Positions 42,058 through 46,600 of a stretch of 46,600 nt of DNA are shown one piece after another. Source of the stretch: a virus (lineage: Duplodnaviria; Caudoviricetes). Both the position numbers and the translations under genes were made by a program. The notes below the pieces were generated by a model, which saw nothing but the letters and a program-made list of their open reading frames with translations, was not told where the DNA came from and did not search any database. The stretch covers positions 1 through 46,600 of the IMG/VR virus record IMGVR_UViG_3300043039_000093; one strand, 5' to 3'. Position 1 is the first letter of the stretch, and each line of letters starts with the position of its first letter.

Positions 42058-42798
42058 TTAATATTCGACATATTTACCCACCACTTTACCTACTAAGTTG
42101 CATTCACCCATGGGCACCATTTTTTGTTCATGCCAGTTTGGATTAAGAGGGCGCAGGTACATATCTTCTGATGTCTCACCTAAAACAAGCTGCTTGAAGG
42201 TTGCTTCTTTATCATCGTTGCATTGCACTATAATCAGGTCGGCATTCTTTAATGCTAGAAACCCAGTCTGAGGTTCAACGTATATAATATCGCCTGGATC
42301 AAACTTAGGTAGCATGCTTTCGCCGCGAACTATTAAAGCAAAACCAAGTTTGGATAGCTTGGCAGGTCTTGGCGCTTTACCTATAGCATCCGACATCATC
42401 ACTGGGTCTACGTTCGACCAACTACCCGCAGCCACCCAGCTAAGTATCGGCACCATATCGGCGTTATCAGATATAGGCGCGTGCTGAGTATCGGTAGGTG
42501 CATCAAACAAATCGTCGCCGCTTTGACCTTGCATGGCTTTTATTTGCGCTCTCAGATCATCAATTGAAGGCACTTTGTCCAAATCAAGCATTTCGCCCTG
42601 ATTCTTAATTAGCCAATCGGTACTGACGCCAGTAGTTTTGGCAATATCGTACAAACTAGACGAATCTTTATTTCTACCATTCTCAATATCAGATATAGCA
42701 CCTTGTGATGTTTTGACTTTCTTAGCAAGTTGATTTTGGGTGAACCCTGCGTGTTTACGGGCTTTTCTAACCCTGTTTCCTAGATTTTCGTTATTCAT
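42058..42798 (-). CDS. cI: CI-like repressor (XRE HTH plus S24 peptidase)
   Basis: TQ.QLA.....QG.IS.IENG HTH; VAAG cleavage site; GESM and TFKQL catalytic Ser/Lys. Confidence 0.95.
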   Translation of the reverse strand: MNNENLGNRVRKARKHAGFTQNQLAKKVKTSQGAISDIENGRNKDSSSLYDIAKTTGVSTDWLIKNQGEMLDLDKVPSIDDLRAQIKAMQGQSGDDLFDAPTDTQHAPISDNADMVPILSWVAAGSWSNVDPVMMSDAIGKAPRPAKLSKLGFALIVRGESMLPKFDPGDIIYVEPQTGFLALKNADLIIVQCNDDKEATFKQLVLGETSEDMYLRPLNPNWHEQKMVPMGECNLVGKVVGKYVEY

Positions 42799-42816
42799 TT
42801 TAGTGTCCTTATTAAA

Positions 42817-42909
42817 TATCGTAATTATGATACAAATAAATATCGTTTTGGCGTTTGATTAAATAACGTAATTACGATATTATGATTACTATTAAACGTT
42901 GGAGCGATA
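42817..42909. promoter_or_regulatory. OR operators with pR (and probable pRM)
   Basis: TATCGTAATTATGATA (42817), TATCGTTTTGGCGTTT (42841), TAACGTAATTACGATA (42864), AAACGTTGGAGCGATA (42894); pR TTGATT (42855), 17 bp, TATTAT (42878). Confidence 0.82.
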
Positions 42910-42912
42910 TTT

Positions 42913-43125
42913 ATGACTAATATTATTGATTGGAAGTCTATTGTCCGGGACCTTTTAGAAGGCAGGACACAGCTTGAGCTGCAAGAAATCACTGGTGTTC
43001 ATCAAGGTGTTATTAGCGATCTTAAAAGCGGTAAACCTAAACCACACCTTACATACGTTAACGGCGCTGCTCTTATCAAAGCTCATCAAGACCTATGCCA
43101 AGACGAACAACCAGAGGAAGCTTAA
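42913..43125 (+). CDS. cro: Cro-like HTH regulator
   Basis: 70 aa divergent from cI; TQLELQEITGVHQGVISDL HTH. Confidence 0.85.
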   Translation: MTNIIDWKSIVRDLLEGRTQLELQEITGVHQGVISDLKSGKPKPHLTYVNGAALIKAHQDLCQDEQPEEA

Positions 43126-43127
43126 CT

Positions 43128-43511
43128 ATGACAACTAAGGCCACAAATCAATTATCACTCGAACAGCTTGCATGGTCACGCAATATGCAGTCCCAAATCG
43201 TGCAAGCCGTTGCAGCGAACAAGCAAACGAATGTAGCGGACTGCATCGGCGTAGACACAACCACAGTCGGCCGCTGGTTAGACGCTAATAACACAGAGAG
43301 CAAAGTAGTAAAACTCTGCGACATGTTGGCATTCTGTGGACTCAAGGTCGTTCCTGCAAACATGAAGTGTTACGACGCCTCGAAAATCGACATCTTATTT
43401 CGATTGGCTAAAGACAATTTTCAACGCTTGGAGGAAGTCGATGATTTTTTTCATGATGACGCTAAGACGCAGATCGCTGAGGGCACTTATCGTCCAAGGG
43501 GCACGTTATGA
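43128..43511 (+). CDS. cII: CII-like activator
   Basis: Q..VA..IGVD.TTV.RW...LA.CGLKVVP; position after cro. Confidence 0.8.
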   Translation: MTTKATNQLSLEQLAWSRNMQSQIVQAVAANKQTNVADCIGVDTTTVGRWLDANNTESKVVKLCDMLAFCGLKVVPANMKCYDASKIDILFRLAKDNFQRLEEVDDFFHDDAKTQIAEGTYRPRGTL

Positions 43512-43645
43512 GTTGCGAGGACTGCCCACATCACTTAGCAGACAGCGATAGATGCTGTCACCAATCAATATCTCCAGTACCAGCACTACTGATGAAAGAA
43601 GCGGTACTGGCCAACCTAAAAGACCAATGGAACACGCATTATTAA
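43508..43645 (+). CDS. 45-aa Cys/His-rich peptide (not in the ORF track)
   Basis: MSCEDCPHHLADSDRCCHQ...; ATGA overlap with the cII stop. Confidence 0.5.
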   Translation: MSCEDCPHHLADSDRCCHQSISPVPALLMKEAVLANLKDQWNTHY

Positions 43646-43661
43646 CAAACAGGAGCCTGGC

Positions 43662-43895
43662 ATGAACTCGAAAAACACGGACTTATTTAACGAACGCCAA
43701 GCAAGCTTTGCATTAGTGCAAGAATTGGCTCAAACCAAGCAAGACGATATCAAGGCGAAAAATATAGAAACGATTAAAGAAGAAGAGCAAGACAAGCAGG
43801 ATAAGAACAGCGAGTTTTGGTACAGAGTCAGATGGGTATTAAACATCGTTGCACTGATCATTATTGCCGCCACGCTCTTTAGAGTATCGAAGTAG
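43662..43895 (+). CDS. small protein with C-terminal transmembrane helix
   Basis: RBS AGGAG; WVLNIVALIIIAATLF. Confidence 0.7.
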   Translation: MNSKNTDLFNERQASFALVQELAQTKQDDIKAKNIETIKEEEQDKQDKNSEFWYRVRWVLNIVALIIIAATLFRVSK

Positions 43896-43903
43896 GAGAT
43901 CTT

Positions 43904-44335
43904 ATGTTTATCGGTAGAAAATTAGGTAATCCGCTTTATAGCAAAGTCGAAGCGATAGTTGATCAGAAAGGAGCGTATGGGTCAGTTAAGCACAGCGATT
44001 TTGACAGCATACGAAATAAATCTTCAGTACGCGCCATCTTAACAAGTATGGGTTACAAACCTTGTAATGAGGCAAAACCTAGTGTTTGGAAAGAGGCAAG
44101 AAAAAAGAGTATATCGACTAATTCGTCGATCAAAGCTGAAAAAGAAATGGGAACTAAAACAGGTCAGCTTGTTTTGGATGAGCTTAAAGCCAATGGCGTG
44201 TATCAGGTATCTAGCTTCAGTCTTTCACGAAAATATCTAGACAATATCATAGTCGAAATACGCGAGCTTGGTTACTCAGTAACAGGGATAAGAGAAGGCA
44301 ACCTGGTCAAATCGTACAAATTAGACGCGCAATAA
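43904..44335 (+). CDS. hypothetical basic protein (winged-helix-like C-terminus)
   Basis: RBS AGGAG; I.EIRELGY.V......Y.L. Confidence 0.65.
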   Translation: MFIGRKLGNPLYSKVEAIVDQKGAYGSVKHSDFDSIRNKSSVRAILTSMGYKPCNEAKPSVWKEARKKSISTNSSIKAEKEMGTKTGQLVLDELKANGVYQVSSFSLSRKYLDNIIVEIRELGYSVTGIREGNLVKSYKLDAQ

Positions 44336-44370
44336 AAAACGCCCTTCAGATGCAACTGAAAGGGCGCTTA
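44335..44370. terminator. hairpin / terminator (T-run on the minus strand)
   Basis: AAAAA-CGCCCTTCAG-ATGCAA-CTGAAAGGGCG. Confidence 0.55.
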
Positions 44371-44406
44371 CTTACTTAAAACACTAGCTAAGAATTGGAG
44401 TATGAC

Positions 44407-45114
44407 ATGAAATTACCAACCATTCAAGAAAATCAAGATTTGCAGCAAGCAGTCGATGCGAAAGAGCTTTATCAGTCTCTAGGGCTAGATATTAGTAACT
44501 GGTCGAGGTGGTCCGCTAAAAACATAGCCGAAAACCCATTTGCTGTTCAAGGTGTGGATTTTTTGGGGTTCGTCATGATGACGAGCGGCAATAAAGCTCA
44601 AAATTACCTACTATCAATCGACTTTGCCAAAAAGCTAGCAATGCAAGTTAGAACAGAGATGGGTGAGCGCATCAGAGACTATTTCTTAGAGTGCGAGCGC
44701 AGAACTCAACAGTCAGTCACAGCACTACCTGATTTTACCAATCCAGCATTAGCGGCTAGAGCATGGGCTGATGAATACCAAGCTAAGCAGATAGCGCAAG
44801 AGCAGTTGGCAGAAGCTCAGCCTAAGATTAACTTTCATGATGCAGTAGCTGCCAGTAGAACAATGATGACGGTATCTGATGTGGCCAAAAAGATAGGTAT
44901 GACAGCTCAAGAGCTAAATAAGAAGCTAGTAGACATAGGTGCTTACGATAAGCGCAGACTACCAAAAAAGGTATTTGGCCATAATTTCATCACCAAAGGC
45001 TATGGCGTTATGAAACTCACAGCAGATGGCTACGATCGCAACCTGTTAACTCAATCAGGTCAAATTTATCTCATTGGGCTATTTAGCCGCGCAAGAGAAT
45101 TGGAGGCCGTGTGA
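44407..45114 (+). CDS. antirepressor (AntA/AntB N-terminus plus KilA-C/ANT C-terminus)
   Basis: VDAKELY..L, Y.LSIDFAK.LAM...G..IR.YF.ECE, LPDFTNPA.AARAWADEY, AQPK..F.D. Confidence 0.9.
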   Translation: MKLPTIQENQDLQQAVDAKELYQSLGLDISNWSRWSAKNIAENPFAVQGVDFLGFVMMTSGNKAQNYLLSIDFAKKLAMQVRTEMGERIRDYFLECERRTQQSVTALPDFTNPALAARAWADEYQAKQIAQEQLAEAQPKINFHDAVAASRTMMTVSDVAKKIGMTAQELNKKLVDIGAYDKRRLPKKVFGHNFITKGYGVMKLTADGYDRNLLTQSGQIYLIGLFSRARELEAV

Positions 45115-46067
45115 GCAATCTATTAATCAATGAGCCGCCTCTTCAAGTCCTTCCTAGTTTAGCCAAAGCTATAGGGCTTAATGAGGCGATCATGCTCCAA
45201 CAGGTTCACTACTGGCTTCATCACGCCAGAGTGAAGCATGACGGCCGTATGTGGATTTATAAAACCTTTGAGCAGTGGCACGATCAAGACTTTTCTTTTT
45301 GGTCGCTTAGTACGATAAAACGCATCTCAAAAAACCTAATCAGTATGAATTTATTATTAGTAGAAAAGCTCGCAAATAACTCTTTTGATCGCGTTAATCA
45401 CTATACCGTCAATTATGAAAAACTGGCTGAGTTAGTTGCAAATAAGCCTAAAAGCCCCGTAACTACCGATAGTGTCAATGTGACCCAATCGAATGGTGCA
45501 AATTGCCATCAGCATAGTGTCAATGTGACCCAATCAGATAGTGTCAATGTGACACGATGTTTAAGAGATAACAAAGAGAATACTAAAGAGAATATATATA
45601 TAAGCGATTCTCAAAATGAAGATGTTATCTCAGTAATGAATAAAAACGCTCAGTCTATTTTGAATTGGCAAGCACCTAGCAAAGAAACTATGCAAGCAGA
45701 GTTGGTTAGAGCTGGATCAATACTCAACATGACAGATGATCAGTATCAAATCTATGTTGGTGATTTCAAAGCACACTTTGAGCAAAACGCATTGAAAGGT
45801 AATCCATTGTTGGGTGACAGGAATAGGAAGAACAGGCTAAGGCAGTGGCTGGAAAACATAGCAAAGAAACAGCCAAAGCAATCAAATGTATTTCAAGGAG
45901 CCACCAATGCGAACACTCAACCAGTTAACAGCCAACATCAACAATTCAACACAAGCACCACAGCAGGCTATGCAGCCAAGCTTGATGCAGATGCAGACGC
46001 CTACTATGCAGAGCAAGCAGCAATCGCCGAGCAAGCAGTTGACGGAAGCCCTGAGAACGCTTTTTAA
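45111..46067 (+). CDS. replication initiator (lambda O-like)
   Basis: LLINEPPLQVLPSLA.AIGLNEA..LQQ.HYW winged-helix N-terminus; internal iterons. Confidence 0.9.
   Translation: MSNLLINEPPLQVLPSLAKAIGLNEAIMLQQVHYWLHHARVKHDGRMWIYKTFEQWHDQDFSFWSLSTIKRISKNLISMNLLLVEKLANNSFDRVNHYTVNYEKLAELVANKPKSPVTTDSVNVTQSNGANCHQHSVNVTQSDSVNVTRCLRDNKENTKENIYISDSQNEDVISVMNKNAQSILNWQAPSKETMQAELVRAGSILNMTDDQYQIYVGDFKAHFEQNALKGNPLLGDRNRKNRLRQWLENIAKKQPKQSNVFQGATNANTQPVNSQHQQFNTSTTAGYAAKLDADADAYYAEQAAIAEQAVDGSPENAF
45468..45602. repeat. replication origin: iterons plus AT-rich tract
   Basis: ATAGTGTCAATGTGAC at 45469, 45514, 45538 (GTCA-N3-TGAC dyad), a degenerate copy near 45491, then AAGAGA repeats and an (AT)n run. 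Confidence 0.85.
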
Positions 46068-46600
46068 GCAGTGGAAAGCATGGTTCAAAAATAAGATGAA
46101 AACCAAGGATGATGATTTTGATTGGTCGTTCGACATGGTTCTAGTTTGGGCCCGGTACCTAACCAAGAAACGAATCACAGCACCAGAGTTTGATGCAGCC
46201 AGTGAATTATCTTTTGATCAAGACTGGATGCCAAGCAATGCAAAAGAGTTTTTGGCGTTGGTACGCACACAGCAAGCCAATGAATACCCATCAGCACAAG
46301 CAGCCTTTGACAACGCTTGCAACCAGTGTGGATTGATTGAAGACCGGTACGTTAAACGCCAGTGGCTGCATGCAGTGGTACTAGAAACAGCAAATCGTAT
46401 CGGCTGGGGCAAGCTTAAAAACGCTAACAATTACTTCCTGAAGGCGTTTACCAGTGTTTATGAGCAAGTGGTCAGTGAACATAGAGACGGAGCAACCTTT
46501 GTAATACCTAAGTCACATCAAGTTGAGTATGAGCGCACTGTGGTAACGCCTGGTAGTGAAGCGGACAAGAATATCACAGAGCAGCTATCCAAAATCATGA
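45907..46600 (+). CDS. lambda P-like helicase loader (235 aa when circularised; ends at 141)
   Basis: AAGGAG RBS, ATG at 45907, open to the contig end; WMPS.AKEF, YPSA.AAF..AC, W.H.VV...A..IGW. Confidence 0.8.
   Translation, partial: MRTLNQLTANINNSTQAPQQAMQPSLMQMQTPTMQSKQQSPSKQLTEALRTLFKQWKAWFKNKMKTKDDDFDWSFDMVLVWARYLTKKRITAPEFDAASELSFDQDWMPSNAKEFLALVRTQQANEYPSAQAAFDNACNQCGLIEDRYVKRQWLHAVVLETANRIGWGKLKNANNYFLKAFTSVYEQVVSEHRDGATFVIPKSHQVEYERTVVTPGSEADKNITEQLSKIM
46474..46600. repeat. 127-bp terminal direct repeat, right copy
   Basis: Identical to 1-127. Confidence 0.97.

Noticed and set aside
45468-45560. Repeat cluster as a mini-CRISPR array
   Set aside because: Units are nearly contiguous with no spacer-length unique sequence, lie inside the initiator gene and have dyad symmetry; they are iterons, and no cas genes are present

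Overview
Complete circular genome of a temperate, lambdoid-style siphophage. Unique length is 46,473 bp; bases 1-127 repeat exactly at 46474-46600, most likely an assembler overlap. The host is probably Moraxellaceae (Psychrobacter-like); this is inferred from protein style, not demonstrated. Gene order: Q-like antiterminator and late promoter, morons, terminase, a mosaic Mu-like/lambda-like head, a non-contractile tail whose chaperone and tape-measure block lies after the tail-tip genes, holin-endolysin-spanins, a P4-type integrase with an intact attP matching a tRNA 3' end, a leftward early/recombination operon (YqaJ, RecT), an immunity region, cro-cII, antirepressor, and O/P-like replication genes with iterons. 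The immunity region carries about 5 kb of cargo between OL and OR: a ParB-like/HEPN-like protein plus an adenine methyltransferase, a Zn-ribbon membrane protein and three exported proteins. Best leads: (i) a 34-aa ORF missing from the ORF track that resembles a stand-alone HigA-type antitoxin N-terminal helix (candidate anti-toxin-antitoxin peptide); (ii) the ParB/HEPN plus methyltransferase defence-like pair; (iii) a conserved post-terminator motif at module junctions; (iv) the permuted tail module. All family assignments are by eye; no searches were run.
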